A DNA stretch of 64,000 bases, taken from assembly GCA_964646575.1 (NCBI GenBank), contig CAZYFT010000002.1, forward strand, positions 4,459 through 68,458. Direction: 5' to 3'. Made by a program: the position numbers and the translations under genes. Each line of letters opens with the position of its first letter. The first letter of the stretch is position 1. Source of the DNA: an uncultured Candidatus Saccharibacteria bacterium (GTDB lineage: Bacteria; Patescibacteriota; Saccharimonadia; CAILAD01; GCA-016700035). Shown here piece after piece: positions 45,420 to 55,817 of this stretch. Below the pieces are notes generated by a model. The model had not been told where the DNA came from. It made no database searches and saw only the letters and a list, made by a program, of their open reading frames with translations.

Positions 45420-46468
45420 GCTTGAGGCCTCGTTAAATCGAGTGTTTGCGCTGGCAACTTGAGCCGCTTATCAATATCGGTACTTGTAATAACTGTCTGA
45501 ATTTCAGATAGCTCACTAATGAGTTGGCGCCGGCGAGATTCATCAAGCTCACTAAACACATCATCTAAAAGAAGCAGCGGCTGACGACCTTCACTTTTTT
45601 GCTTAACATACTCCAGTTCAGCAAGTTTGAGCGCCAGAAGAGCCGTGCGAGTCTCCCCGCGCGAGGCCATACTCTGAATAGGGTAGCCGTCGAACCAAAG
45701 CGACCAATCCTCGCGATGCGGACCTACAGTGGTTGTACCCAGAACGATATCGCGCTGGCGAGCCTCTAAAATGCGTCGCATAAAACCAGAGCTTTTCTCA
45801 TTAAATTCCAGTTTCAGCTCATGCTCTCGTTTAGCAATCCTCGGCACCACCTCGGCCAAAATAGTAGCTAAGTCTGCAAGCAACATTGCTCGTTGCTCCG
45901 AAATTTCTTCAGCAACAGGAGCTAGTTGAGTCTCCAATATAAAAAGCTGGTCATCCAACTCGGCGATGGGCGAGCGCTTGTTGCGCCACAAAAGCGAGTT
46001 ACGCTGTTTTAAAATTCTGCGGAACGATAGAAAATTATTGCGATAATGCTCGTCGGTCTGTGTCAGAACCACGTCTACATAGCGCCTGCGGCGCTCTGGA
46101 GAGCCGGCAAGTAGGTTTAGGTCATTGGGCTCAAACAGGACTACAGGATGCCTCCCAAGCAGCGTAGAACGCGAAATCTTAACAGCATTACGTTCAAACT
46201 GCTTAGATTTACGTGGCATAAGTCGAGATACTACTCGAATCTGCTCATCATCGTACGTCGCCTCAACTACGTAGCCGTCCTGGTTATGCGCAACAAGCTC
46301 TTCATCATCCCCTCGAAATGATCTCCCGGTTGCAGCCACATACATTGCTTCCAATATATTGGTTTTTCCCGTAGCATTTGGTCCAAGTATCAGAAAAACT
46401 GGCTCATCAAGAACTAGCTCTAGAGACTCATACGAGCGAAAATGCGCGAGATGCAAACGAGTGAGCAA
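45416..46468 (-). CDS. recF: DNA replication and repair protein RecF
   Basis: Walker A GPNATGKTNILEA, ABC-signature-like LSSGEQ-type region, and position after dnaN. Confidence 0.9.
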   Translation of the reverse strand: MLTRLHLAHFRSYESLELVLDEPVFLILGPNATGKTNILEAMYVAATGRSFRGDDEELVAHNQDGYVVEATYDDEQIRVVSRLMPRKSKQFERNAVKISRSTLLGRHPVVLFEPNDLNLLAGSPERRRRYVDVVLTQTDEHYRNNFLSFRRILKQRNSLLWRNKRSPIAELDDQLFILETQLAPVAEEISEQRAMLLADLATILAEVVPRIAKREHELKLEFNEKSSGFMRRILEARQRDIVLGTTTVGPHREDWSLWFDGYPIQSMASRGETRTALLALKLAELEYVKQKSEGRQPLLLLDDVFSELDESRRRQLISELSEIQTVITSTDIDKRLKLPAQTLDLTRPQA

Positions 46469-46476
46469 CGATCCTC

Positions 46477-47574
46477 CTAGCTGCGTAGCGGCATAATCAA
46501 ATGGGTGTACTGGTTATTTTTATCAACCGGAACCACCACGCATGGATCTAGCTTATCATTCAGTCGCAATTCCACCTCATCAGTAGACATCACTCCGAGT
46601 GCATCAATCAGGAAACGGACATTGAGAGATATTGTCGCGTCAGCCCCTTCAAGTTTTAGTGAAACCTCCGAAGTATTTTCGCCAACCTGCGCAGCCTCAG
46701 CATGCAACTGTAACGTTGAACCAGAAGCTTTTAATGTGATCGTGTGGGCGCTTTCGCGAGCAAAAATTCCCGCCAACCGAGCCGCCTGAGTTAGTTCAGT
46801 GCGAGAAGTTTTTAGCTTAGTAGCGGCTTGAGAGGGGATAATCTGTGTATAATTCGGAAAGTTTCCTTCGATAAGTCGAGTAACGAGCTCTACATTATCA
46901 ATAGTGACTCTAGCTTCTGATTTACCAAGCTCAAATGTGATCTCGGCCGATTCAGTAGCTCCCGCCAAGCGCAAAACTTCTTGCACTGTACGAAGAGGTA
47001 GTATCACTGTAGCTTCATTACCACCGGAAGAAGGAATGCGCATTTCCGCCAGGCGATAACTATCAGTTGCCGCAAAGATAAGCTCATCTGCGGAAGACTT
47101 CATGTAAACACCAGCGAGAACCGGTCGAGATTCATCAAGTGAAGCAGCCACGGCAACTTTTGTGAGAGCGTCTACTATCACATCTCTCTTTAGTACTAAG
47201 TTCTGCGGAGAGTCAATCGCCGGAATTGCAGGGAACTCCTCGGCAGACATGGCCTGAATCTGAACTTCTGCACCCGCTGCAGCAATTTCTAATTTATTCT
47301 CATCTCCAGAAAGCATAATCTTATCACTTTGTAAGCTTTGGAGAGTCTCCAATAAGAGCTTTGCTGGAACGCAGACAACTCCAGTTTGTTCAGCTTTACA
47401 GCCAATCGTAACAGTAAGGGCAATCTCTAAATTTGTTGCTGAAAGACTTAATGAAGACTTATCAGCTTTTAAAAGAATATTACCTAGAATAGGTAAGCTT
47501 GTTCTTGATCCTACTACTCGGCTAACTGTAGCTACGGCTTTCACTAGGTTTTCTTGTACAACAGATATTTTCAT
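46477..47574 (-). CDS. dnaN: DNA polymerase III beta sliding clamp
   Basis: 365 aa, MKISVVQENL start, three-domain length, located between dnaA and recF. Confidence 0.9.
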   Translation of the reverse strand: MKISVVQENLVKAVATVSRVVGSRTSLPILGNILLKADKSSLSLSATNLEIALTVTIGCKAEQTGVVCVPAKLLLETLQSLQSDKIMLSGDENKLEIAAAGAEVQIQAMSAEEFPAIPAIDSPQNLVLKRDVIVDALTKVAVAASLDESRPVLAGVYMKSSADELIFAATDSYRLAEMRIPSSGGNEATVILPLRTVQEVLRLAGATESAEITFELGKSEARVTIDNVELVTRLIEGNFPNYTQIIPSQAATKLKTSRTELTQAARLAGIFARESAHTITLKASGSTLQLHAEAAQVGENTSEVSLKLEGADATISLNVRFLIDALGVMSTDEVELRLNDKLDPCVVVPVDKNNQYTHLIMPLRS

Positions 47575-47909
47575 GAGCTGGTCCTTTCTTTAATCTTTAA
47601 TATATATGGAAATGGTAGTAATGGGTGTTGTGGAAACTGGGGAGAAGTAGTTTTTAGAAGCTCTAGACCTCGAGAAAAATGCCCCCAAGGTGTGTGTGGA
47701 TGGTGTGTGCATACTGGGTCTGGATGCCGTGGGGATAAGCTGGTGATTGTGGAGAACGGAAGAGGGGGTAGGGATAAGATGTGGAGAATTTTGATGGTAA
47801 ACCACAATTTGCCAACACTTTTTCCGCAACTTTTCCACGAGGTTATCCGCATGTTGTCCACAGGCAAACTGTGGACAAAAACCGAAATTGTTCAGCACCT
47901 TATGCATTA
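47575..47909 (-). promoter_or_regulatory. oriC-type region (dnaA-dnaN intergenic) with DnaA boxes and AT-rich unwinding element
   Basis: TTGTCCACA, TGTGGACA, TTTTCCACG, TGTGGAGAA (x2) and TGTGTGGATGG are DnaA-box-like 9-mers. AATCTTTAATATATATGG AT-rich stretch. Confidence 0.55.
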
Positions 47910-49316
47910 CTAGGCCGCCATAAACTCTTGATGGATACGCTGACGAACCTCAACTATCTCTTGGGTGACGGGGTCTTTAGATTGCATGAGGGTTTCGACT
48001 TTATCGCAGCCGTGCATGATGGTGGTGTGGTCGCGACCCCCTAAGTGTCCGCCTATTTGAGGGAATGAGAGGTCGAGTTCGGAGCGCAAAATATACATTG
48101 CTATTTGACGTGGCAATACAACGTCTTTACTGCGTCTTTTTCCAGATAGGTCATCAGAGCTGAGGCCATAGTATTGAGCAATCTCTTCTATTACTTGTTT
48201 GGGACTTGGTTTGCGTCGGCTTCCGCCGGTCTGTGAGGGACCGCCCAGAATTTGGGCAACAATCTCGAGTGATGGTTTTTCGTGGTGGAGTTCACAGTGC
48301 ATATATACCTTATTAAAACCACCCTCGAGTTCACGAATGTTGGTCGAAATTCTTTCAGCAATAGCCTCAGCAATTTCAAGCGAGATAGAGAAATTCTTTT
48401 CCTCGGCCTTAGCCTGAATAATTGCAACGCGTGTTTCGAGATCTGGGGGTTGAATATCTACCACCATACCCCACTCAAACCGACTCCGGAGGCGCTCTTC
48501 TAGCTCAGGAATTTCCTTTGGAGGTCGATCGGAACAGATGACAATCTGCTTATTAGCTTGGTGGAGTGCGTTAAACGTGTGGAAGAATTCTTCCTGAGTT
48601 GTTTCTTTCTTCTTAATAAACTGAATATCATCCACAAAAAGCACATCCACTTCACGGTATTTATTGGTGAAAGCTTCAGACTTACGCACTGAATCTACAA
48701 AGGTTTTATAGAACTCCTCGATGGTGATATACATCAGCTCGAGATTTTTATTGCGGCGAGTAAGTTCACCATAAATTCCCCACATCAGATGTGTCTTCCC
48801 GACTCCAGCTGGACCATAGAGAAATAGGGGGTTGTAGTCGGTTCCAGGCTTTTCGGCTACCAGACGAGCGGCTGAGTGGGCTAATCGATTTGATGAGCCC
48901 ACAATGAAGTTGTCGAAGTTGTACCGTTCAACAAGATGTTGTTTTTGATTGAAAAGATTTGGTTGAGGGGCGGTTTGTCGAGTATTGCGACCCAATGGTT
49001 TTCGTTGTGGCTGAGTAGAGGAGGGTAACTCTAATTCTATATCGCTACTTTGCGTATTGGAGCGAATAACGTAATCAATCTTTTCGATACCTTCAATATG
49101 GTTGGCGAGGGCATCCAAAATATCATTCTCAAATCGGGCCTTTATTTGAGCGCTAGAAAAAGGATTGGGAACAACTAATACGGCGGTGTTACCTTGAACT
49201 GAATCGAGAATAACGGGTTTTACAAATGTCTTAAAACTGTGGCCACTCAGGGAAACTTCAAGTTCTCCAAGTATTGTCTGCCAAATCGAATTTAAGTCAG
49301 AGCGCTGTTGCCCCAT
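47910..49316 (-). CDS. dnaA: chromosomal replication initiator protein DnaA
   Basis: AAA+ Walker [11 protein letters not shown], Walker [10 protein letters not shown], and a C-terminal DnaA-box binding domain ([29 protein letters not shown]). The start is at MGQQ with a GGTGAG RBS; the longer 49388 start is less likely. Confidence 0.95.
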   Translation of the reverse strand: MGQQRSDLNSIWQTILGELEVSLSGHSFKTFVKPVILDSVQGNTAVLVVPNPFSSAQIKARFENDILDALANHIEGIEKIDYVIRSNTQSSDIELELPSSTQPQRKPLGRNTRQTAPQPNLFNQKQHLVERYNFDNFIVGSSNRLAHSAARLVAEKPGTDYNPLFLYGPAGVGKTHLMWGIYGELTRRNKNLELMYITIEEFYKTFVDSVRKSEAFTNKYREVDVLFVDDIQFIKKKETTQEEFFHTFNALHQANKQIVICSDRPPKEIPELEERLRSRFEWGMVVDIQPPDLETRVAIIQAKAEEKNFSISLEIAEAIAERISTNIRELEGGFNKVYMHCELHHEKPSLEIVAQILGGPSQTGGSRRKPSPKQVIEEIAQYYGLSSDDLSGKRRSKDVVLPRQIAMYILRSELDLSFPQIGGHLGGRDHTTIMHGCDKVETLMQSKDPVTQEIVEVRQRIHQEFMAA

Positions 49317-49357
49317 ACTCACCACTCCTTCACATAGCTTTATCTGTATACTACTAG

Positions 49358-49432
49358 TTTTCCACAGGTCTGCCAAGTATTTATCCACATATCACCCACA
49401 ATATTCTGAGGAGCTGTGGATATGTGGATACG
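49358..49432 (+). promoter_or_regulatory. DnaA-box cluster upstream of dnaA (second origin module and dnaA autoregulation)
   Basis: TTTTCCACA (49358), TTATCCACA (49381), and TGTGGATAT/TGTGGATAC (49416, 49424) on the other strand. Confidence 0.6.
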
Positions 49433-49476
49433 ATGGGGTTGAAATATTGGCAGAAAATAGGTATACTAGTGCAGTT

Positions 49477-49611
49477 ATGAAACGGACTTATCAACCAAAG
49501 AAACGCCGTCGCCAGCGAGTGCACGGATTTATGGCTCGTATGAAGACTCGAGTTGGTCGCGCAGTTTTGAAGCGTCGCCGACTTAAAGGTCGGTCACGCG
49601 TAGCTATCTAA
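49477..49611 (+). CDS. rpmH: 50S ribosomal protein L34
   Basis: [44 protein letters not shown]. 44 aa, below the ORF-track cutoff. A TATACT -10 lies upstream. Confidence 0.9.
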   Translation: MKRTYQPKKRRRQRVHGFMARMKTRVGRAVLKRRRLKGRSRVAI

Positions 49612-49625
49612 AAGGTAGGCGACCC

Positions 49626-49961
49626 ATGTTTGCGCGCTCACAGCGCCTCAAAAAAAGCTCTGACATTGCTCGTGTGTATAAGCGAGGAAACAGAGCTTTT
49701 TCTGATCATTTAAAGTTACACTTCTTAGTTAATCCGCGAGGCGGAATGCGAGTAGCGGTTGTGGCTTCCAAAAAGCTTGATAAGCGGGCTGTCGTTCGTA
49801 ATCGGGCAAAACGCCGAGTTCGTGAATTGTTAAAAGCCGAGCTAATAGGTGCGACGTATGCTGGATTTGATATACTAGTAACCATACAGGCGGGCATTGA
49901 GGATGTGAGCATCGATGCCTTGCGACGAGAGGTGCAAAAACTTGTTGGAAGGATACGTTGA
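49626..49961 (+). CDS. rnpA: ribonuclease P protein component
   Basis: 111 aa, basic, RNR-like motif region (VRNRAKRRVRE), conserved position after rpmH. Confidence 0.85.
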   Translation: MFARSQRLKKSSDIARVYKRGNRAFSDHLKLHFLVNPRGGMRVAVVASKKLDKRAVVRNRAKRRVRELLKAELIGATYAGFDILVTIQAGIEDVSIDALRREVQKLVGRIR

Positions 49962-50213
49962 GTGCGACGAGCTGCACAAAAAGTAATTCGTGGTTATCAG
50001 CGCACATTGTCGCCCGATCATGGGGCACTCAAAGTGTTGTATCCGTATGGCTGTTGCCGGTTTTATCCCACCTGTAGTGAGTATGCACACGAAGCAATCG
50101 GTAGATATGGGATTGCAAGAGGAGGGGCACTCGCAGTAAAGCGACTAGGGCACTGTCATCCATGGAATGCCGGCGGTATAGATCTAGTGCCCGATATAGA
50201 AAAGAAAGGTTAA
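49962..50213 (+). CDS. yidD: membrane protein insertion efficiency factor YidD
   Basis: [24 protein letters not shown] conserved Cys motif. 83 aa. Confidence 0.85.
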   Translation: MRRAAQKVIRGYQRTLSPDHGALKVLYPYGCCRFYPTCSEYAHEAIGRYGIARGGALAVKRLGHCHPWNAGGIDLVPDIEKKG

Positions 50214-50216
50214 GAA

Positions 50217-51041
50217 ATGTTCGATACGATTTTTGTTCAGCCATTAATGAATGTTTTGTTCTTTATATATGGCATTATCCCGGGTCACGATTTTGGTGTG
50301 GCAGTAATTATTATGACGGTACTTATTCGCTTTGCGTTGTGGCCAGTTATGGCTAAACAGTTGCATTCGCAAAAGAAGATGCAGGCTTTGCAGCCAGAGA
50401 TTGCTAAAATCCGAGCCGAAACTAAAGGTGATAAGCAGCAAGAGAGTGCTCGTTTAATGGAGCTTTATAAGGAAAAGGAAATTAATCCTCTTGCTTCATG
50501 CTTGCCACTCATTATTCAACTACCTTTCCTAATTGCGCTGTTTGCGGTGTTTAGTCGTGCTACACAGGGGATAGAGGTGGTTGCACCTTTACTCTATGGT
50601 CCAGTTAAAAATCTTTCCTGGATTCAGCAGGTTATCCAAAATCCTGGTCTGTTTTCGGCTGAACTTTTTGGAATAGTAAATCTTGCGGCTAAAAATAATA
50701 TCATTCTCGCACTTATTGCTGGCGCTACACAGTATTATCAGGTTTGGCAAATTACTCCAAAGAATGTTGATGCAAATGATCCAAGCGCTGCAGCTAATAA
50801 GATGATGACCTGGATGTTCCCACTTCTTACGGCTTGGATTGGCTATACGTTGGTAGCTGCATTACCACTGTATTGGGCGGTATCAAATGGAATTAGTATT
50901 CTGCAGCAAACCCTGATTATGCGTGGTGAAGTTGATAAAATGGAAGAAGCCAAAGTGGTAACAAAGGTTCGTGAAGTAGGTACTTCATCCGCAGCAAAAA
51001 AGACTAAGAGTAAAGGTAAGTCTAAACGAAAGAAGGGGTAG
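50217..51041 (+). CDS. yidC: membrane protein insertase YidC (short form)
   Basis: Five TM helices; PVMAKQLHSQKKMQALQPEIAKIR and CLPLIIQLPFLIALF conserved YidC/Oxa1 blocks; Lys-rich C-tail. Confidence 0.85.
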   Translation: MFDTIFVQPLMNVLFFIYGIIPGHDFGVAVIIMTVLIRFALWPVMAKQLHSQKKMQALQPEIAKIRAETKGDKQQESARLMELYKEKEINPLASCLPLIIQLPFLIALFAVFSRATQGIEVVAPLLYGPVKNLSWIQQVIQNPGLFSAELFGIVNLAAKNNIILALIAGATQYYQVWQITPKNVDANDPSAAANKMMTWMFPLLTAWIGYTLVAALPLYWAVSNGISILQQTLIMRGEVDKMEEAKVVTKVREVGTSSAAKKTKSKGKSKRKKG

Positions 51042-51045
51042 GGGG

Positions 51046-51513
51046 ATGAAAATTTCTGAAGAGCACCTAGCAAGCGCAAAACAAATTATTGCAGATATGC
51101 TGACAGCTATGGGGTTCGAAGAATTTACGGTGTACGAAGATCAGTTGGAGAGTAGGCAAATTCTCTCGATATCTGCAGATAATCAAGCGGTTTTAATTGG
51201 TCGTAAAGGGGAGAGCTTGACGGCTTTTCAGTCACTATTTAATGCCGTTTTAAAGCATAAAGATCCTACGGCTCCCTTTATTACAATCGATATCGCCGGC
51301 TACAAAAAAGAGCGTATTGAAAAAGTGATGCGGATTGCTGAGGAGACAGCGCAAAAAGTCCGTGACTATGGCCGCGAACAAGAGATGCGACCGATGAATG
51401 CATTTGAGCGTCGTGTGGTACATATGGTGTTAGCCGAAATGCCTGAACTAGAAACAGAGAGCATCGGTGAAGACCCTAATCGAAAAGTAATTGTTCGTTT
51501 GAAGCAGACTTAG
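51046..51513 (+). CDS. Jag/KhpB-family RNA-binding protein (Jag_N + KH + R3H)
   Basis: R3H motif region (FERRVVHMVLAEM) and conserved position after yidC. Confidence 0.75.
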   Translation: MKISEEHLASAKQIIADMLTAMGFEEFTVYEDQLESRQILSISADNQAVLIGRKGESLTAFQSLFNAVLKHKDPTAPFITIDIAGYKKERIEKVMRIAEETAQKVRDYGREQEMRPMNAFERRVVHMVLAEMPELETESIGEDPNRKVIVRLKQT

Positions 51514-53282
51514 TCGACCGGCGGGAAGTCGAGCGATGATCGATAGGTAGTATAGAATGTATTAGTTTTAGAAACCTGGCCGTTTACTACTATGTCGCGA
51601 TAGAATACTGTTTTTGATGGCTGAGTTGCGTCATTACTTCCGCTAATAAAGTAAGGTCCGCGAATAACCCCGCTTTTTTCTTTAGTTCCATAAAAACGGA
51701 ACTTTAGTGTGGTACCAACCATTTCAGTTTGGATAAGTATATGGTGAGATGTGTCGTTTCTGAACTTAAAATCTACTTGAGGGTAGTAAATAGTGGCGTC
51801 AACGCCTGGAACTCCATAGGGAGCGGTGTAATATTCAACTGCAAACGAGTGATTATATCTTTCAAGGATCGGCAGACCGGCTAGCAGGGCGGCACGAAAT
51901 GCCGTGGAGCTAACTTGGCAGAGTCCGCCGCCGTACTGACTTTCGGTACGGCCCTCGAGAATGACACGCCCTTCCTTGTAGCCTTGTTCTGGCCCAACTT
52001 TTCCGAGGATTTCACCAAAACTAAACACCTGGCCAGGTTTAAGGAGTACACCATTATATCTTTTAGCTCCAACTCGTACATTTGTGAGGCGGTTTGCAGA
52101 TGAGCCAGGGAAGTATGACACGCCCTCAGACAGGAGTTCTTTAATTCCTAGCTGATCAATGGTTTCGCTGGTTACATCAGCCTTGGTTACGACTACTGTG
52201 AGCGGAACGGTGGTTTCTGGTGCTTGGGATAGAATTGTTTCTGAGATAGTTTTCGCGGTGGTATCGAGATCTACAGCGCGACCATCTTGGCTTTGCTGAA
52301 ATACGGTGGCTCGATCGCCTTCAACAGTAAGCGTGGCATCGACTGCTTTTTGGTTAATGTCTTTTGCAATCGAGTTGAGGTAGCTCTTGATGCGTGATGA
52401 ATCCATTCCTAATTGAGTGAGGGTTTCAGGTTGTTGGAGGTAATAGTTTTGGACTAAGTCTTGGCGCAGAGGCATAGTGCCATCAGAATAACTGAGCCAA
52501 CTTAGGAGTTCTTGGGTTGGTACGGTCCAATTTCTCTTTTCAAACGTCAGTGTCATTGGGGTGCGTACATATGGTTCGAGGTTAGCCCTTTTTTCTTCGA
52601 GGGCAGAGCTAGTGACTGAAGCTGTTTGAGTGTGTGTTGTTACTGTTATATTGCTTCTTTGTAACCTGGTAACGACATCTGTGTAGTCTCTAACGAAGCC
52701 TTCTAAATTCATGCGGGCGCCCGGTTGGCTATCGTTAACTACAAGACTACCTTGTTCTCCAGCCGTATAGCTAGCGTTTTGCACGGGAACAGCTAGGCTC
52801 TTAGAAAGCGGCTGCAAAATAGTGTAAAGCTTTGTGGTGTTATATGTGACTTGCTTGTCACTATTGCTATGTATACCTAGCAAGAGTCCTGCCTGATCAG
52901 AGAGTTGCTGGAAAGCTTGGCCATTGCGACCTTTTTGGTAGGCTGTCGCTAGGTCATCTTGTATGGCATAGCGCAGTTCAACCTCTGAGGCGGGGATAGA
53001 GACTGTTTCTTCCGACGCATCGCTCTTAACGACAATTGTGGAAGATTCGATATATTGCTGAGTTTCTTTTTCTACTAAAGCTTGGGCTTCGGTCTTTGTG
53101 AGGCCACCCACATACACGCCGTAGACCTTCACGCCCGGGAGAAATCTACCCTGGTAGGCTAGGCGTAAGACTCCAAGTAAAATAACTGCAAACAAGGCAG
53201 CGCCAACAGCGATTAGGAAGGCGATTTGCCAGCGTTTGAGTTGGTATTTTGTGGGCAATGAGAACTGCTCGGATGGATTCAT
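51510..53282 (-). CDS. VanW-family protein with N-terminal membrane anchor and PG-binding-like repeats
   Basis: C-terminal VanW block (YGGGLCQVSSTAFRAALLAGLPILERYNHS). The start is inferred at MNPSEQ because the longer ORF runs into the upstream terminator. Confidence 0.7.
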   Translation of the reverse strand: MNPSEQFSLPTKYQLKRWQIAFLIAVGAALFAVILLGVLRLAYQGRFLPGVKVYGVYVGGLTKTEAQALVEKETQQYIESSTIVVKSDASEETVSIPASEVELRYAIQDDLATAYQKGRNGQAFQQLSDQAGLLLGIHSNSDKQVTYNTTKLYTILQPLSKSLAVPVQNASYTAGEQGSLVVNDSQPGARMNLEGFVRDYTDVVTRLQRSNITVTTHTQTASVTSSALEEKRANLEPYVRTPMTLTFEKRNWTVPTQELLSWLSYSDGTMPLRQDLVQNYYLQQPETLTQLGMDSSRIKSYLNSIAKDINQKAVDATLTVEGDRATVFQQSQDGRAVDLDTTAKTISETILSQAPETTVPLTVVVTKADVTSETIDQLGIKELLSEGVSYFPGSSANRLTNVRVGAKRYNGVLLKPGQVFSFGEILGKVGPEQGYKEGRVILEGRTESQYGGGLCQVSSTAFRAALLAGLPILERYNHSFAVEYYTAPYGVPGVDATIYYPQVDFKFRNDTSHHILIQTEMVGTTLKFRFYGTKEKSGVIRGPYFISGSNDATQPSKTVFYRDIVVNGQVSKTNTFYTTYRSSLDFPPVD

Positions 53283-53342
53283 AGTGTGCGTGTATGGCTC
53301 CGTAACTATACATAGTATAACTGGTTTTTGTTCGGTGCGCGA

Positions 53343-53371
53343 ATAAAAAATCCCCACGCATAAACGTGGGG
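53343..53371 (-). terminator. intrinsic terminator CCCCACG-TTTATG-CGTGGGG + T7
   Basis: Perfect 7-bp stem and T-run on the minus strand after the CHAP gene stop. Confidence 0.65.
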
Positions 53372-53378
53372 CGTGGGT

Positions 53379-54590
53379 TTAGCTAGCTCTGCCAGCCCAG
53401 GCTCCGTCCGCCCATGACCAGCCAGCGTACGGGCCGAAAGCCGTCGTGTTGAGTCCGGTAACGTGGACAGTTTTTCCAGAGCTGATGAACTGACCGCCGC
53501 CAATCGAAAGCATGACGTGTCCGTAGTAGCCGTTTTGCCACGACGGCTTGAAGAAGGCGAGAGCGCCAGCTGGCACATTGGTGTCTCCGGCGTGTAGTTG
53601 ACCGGAGTTGATCTTCTGGTACATGTTGGCCTTGGCGCTGAGATAGCGGCCGGTAGTACCAAAAGCGTTCTCGACAAAGCGCTCGCACAAGTTCCGGTAG
53701 CCCATGCTGCCGATCATGCTGCGTGCCCAATTGATGGCACGCTGTTCACGCAAGCTCGTGCAGCTCGGTGCATTCCCACTGACGGGATAGACAGCCGTGT
53801 AGGCCTGAGTCATTTCAATCGAAACTTGACGCACGTTGCTCCAGCCGCCAAAGCATTGGTCGAGCTGGGCAACGCTTGAAATTGTGTAACTCCGTCCTCC
53901 GAGGACGACATAGGTTGCGGGGCCATATCCTGCCGAATAGTACAGGTTGCGTTCGGTGAGTGGGGCAAAAGGCTTGGCGCCTAGATCGGCTCGCCAGATA
54001 ATTGATCCACCCTGGAAATCCTGCCGCGTGACACCACTCCACGAATACTCATCGCTGCGTGGATAGCCGAGCCAGCCATCGGCACCCGCTTGCGAGATGA
54101 AGTAGTCACGAATTCCGCCATGCACCCCGTAGGTTTGTCCGACAGCATCACCTCGCATGACCAGCGTCCAGCCCCAGCTTCCGTAGTTGAAGTCCTGAGT
54201 CCAGCCAGCTGCCCAGCGATGTGAATCGTTGTACGGATAGCCAACCATCTGGCTATTCATCCGCACGACGTACTGCCAGTGCTGACCAACCACAGGGAAT
54301 ACCTGGGACTGGTTGCAGGTGGGCGACATCAGAGCGGCATCACTGAACGATCCGCCGGCGTAGTCCTGCAGACAGCCGTTATTCCACCAGTGTACACCGT
54401 TTTCGGCAGCACCAATTGTGTTTCCCCCTCCGATGCGATTGTAGGCTGCTGCCCAAGCTACGCCTGAGCCACCCTCACCTACAGTGGCGGCTCCTACAGA
54501 TGGAGCTGCCAGTACCGCGAAGACCGTGCCTATGAATACTGCGAGCAGTACCCGTAGGCTCACCCTCCAGGTCTTTGTGTGTGTCGCCAT
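53379..54590 (-). CDS. secreted CHAP/NlpC-P60-type peptidoglycan amidase with LGFP repeats (high-GC, actinobacterial-type)
   Basis: Signal peptide; LGFP-like repeats (GGIRDYFISQAGADGWLGYPRSDEYSWSGVTRQDFQGGSIIW); C-terminal Cys...His block (CERFVENAF ... YYGHVMLSIGGGQF). GC is about 60%. Confidence 0.65.
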   Translation of the reverse strand: MATHTKTWRVSLRVLLAVFIGTVFAVLAAPSVGAATVGEGGSGVAWAAAYNRIGGGNTIGAAENGVHWWNNGCLQDYAGGSFSDAALMSPTCNQSQVFPVVGQHWQYVVRMNSQMVGYPYNDSHRWAAGWTQDFNYGSWGWTLVMRGDAVGQTYGVHGGIRDYFISQAGADGWLGYPRSDEYSWSGVTRQDFQGGSIIWRADLGAKPFAPLTERNLYYSAGYGPATYVVLGGRSYTISSVAQLDQCFGGWSNVRQVSIEMTQAYTAVYPVSGNAPSCTSLREQRAINWARSMIGSMGYRNLCERFVENAFGTTGRYLSAKANMYQKINSGQLHAGDTNVPAGALAFFKPSWQNGYYGHVMLSIGGGQFISSGKTVHVTGLNTTAFGPYAGWSWADGAWAGRAS

Positions 54591-54698
54591 CGTTCACTCC
54601 TTGTGACTTGCGAATGGGACCACTCCACCATACTGAGATAAGCGTTTTATCTGCAAGCATGGGCGACATCAGGAGTAAATAATCGGTATAATAGCTGT

Positions 54699-55817
54699 AT
54701 GGCACGAATTCTCATTGACGGCCGATGGATGAAAGATAGCGGGATTGGTCGCTATGTAGAAAACCTCACGCTTGAAGTCGTTAAACAAGACACGAAAAAT
54801 AGCTATATTATTCTGGTAAAAAAAGGTGAGTCGGGATGCCTACCGCTTCCAAAGGATAAGGTTGAGTATATTGAGACCGATATCGCCTGGTATACCCCTC
54901 AAGAGCAAATTGCACTTCCTAAAATCATTGAAGCCCATAAGCCGGACTTAGTGCACTTCACAAATTTTAATATTCCACTTGGCTATCGAAAGCCATTTGT
55001 GGTCACGATTCACGATCTCACGCTTTTAAAATACAAAAGTATTCGCGGGGGATTACTGGCGCCCTTTACCTATCGGCTGAAAGACGTCGTGATGCGCCAT
55101 GTGCTTAAAACTGCCGTAAAGCGCAGTAAGCTAATTTTTACACCGAGTAAGTTTGTGGCTGAAGATGTTGCTCGACAATATCGCTGTGATCTAGATAAAA
55201 TCATCGTTACGCACAATGCCGCCGATGGTCTGGCGAAAATGGGTCGTGTGAATCTGGCAAAATACGGCATTGATAAGCCATTTATGTTGTGTGTCGGAAA
55301 TCCTTATCCGCACAAAAATATTGAACGTCTTTTAAAGGCATTTGCACAGCTCGTAAAAAACGAACAAGCTGGCTATCAGTTGGTGGTTGTTGGGCGAGAT
55401 AATGAATTTATGGCTCGCCACAAAAAACTGGTAAAAAAACTAAAGCTCGAAGATCGAGTGGTGTTTCCTGGTTATGTGAGTGATGAAGAACTGGCTGGCA
55501 TTTATCAAAAGGCCAGTCTCTACGTGTTTCCATCTCTTTCAGAAGGGTTTGGTATTCCTGGCTTAGAAGCTATGAAATATGGCGTGCCGGTAGCTAGCTC
55601 TAATGCTACCTGCCTTCCAGAAATTTTAGGCGATGCTGCTATATACTTTGATCCAAAAAATACGCAGGATATCGCGAAGGTTATAGGTGGGCTTATGCAT
55701 GACGATGCACGCCGCAAGCAGCTCGTGAACCTAGGTTACAAACAAGTGAAAAAATATGCTTGGGGCACATCCGCCAAAGAGCTTATTCGTGGCTACAACA
55801 AGGCGCTAAAAAGCTAG
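54699..55817 (+). CDS. glycosyltransferase family 4 (GT-B, retaining)
   Basis: EGFGIPGLEAMKYGVPVASS...PEILGDAAIYFDP, the E-x7-E region typical of GT4. Confidence 0.8.
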   Translation: MARILIDGRWMKDSGIGRYVENLTLEVVKQDTKNSYIILVKKGESGCLPLPKDKVEYIETDIAWYTPQEQIALPKIIEAHKPDLVHFTNFNIPLGYRKPFVVTIHDLTLLKYKSIRGGLLAPFTYRLKDVVMRHVLKTAVKRSKLIFTPSKFVAEDVARQYRCDLDKIIVTHNAADGLAKMGRVNLAKYGIDKPFMLCVGNPYPHKNIERLLKAFAQLVKNEQAGYQLVVVGRDNEFMARHKKLVKKLKLEDRVVFPGYVSDEELAGIYQKASLYVFPSLSEGFGIPGLEAMKYGVPVASSNATCLPEILGDAAIYFDPKNTQDIAKVIGGLMHDDARRKQLVNLGYKQVKKYAWGTSAKELIRGYNKALKS

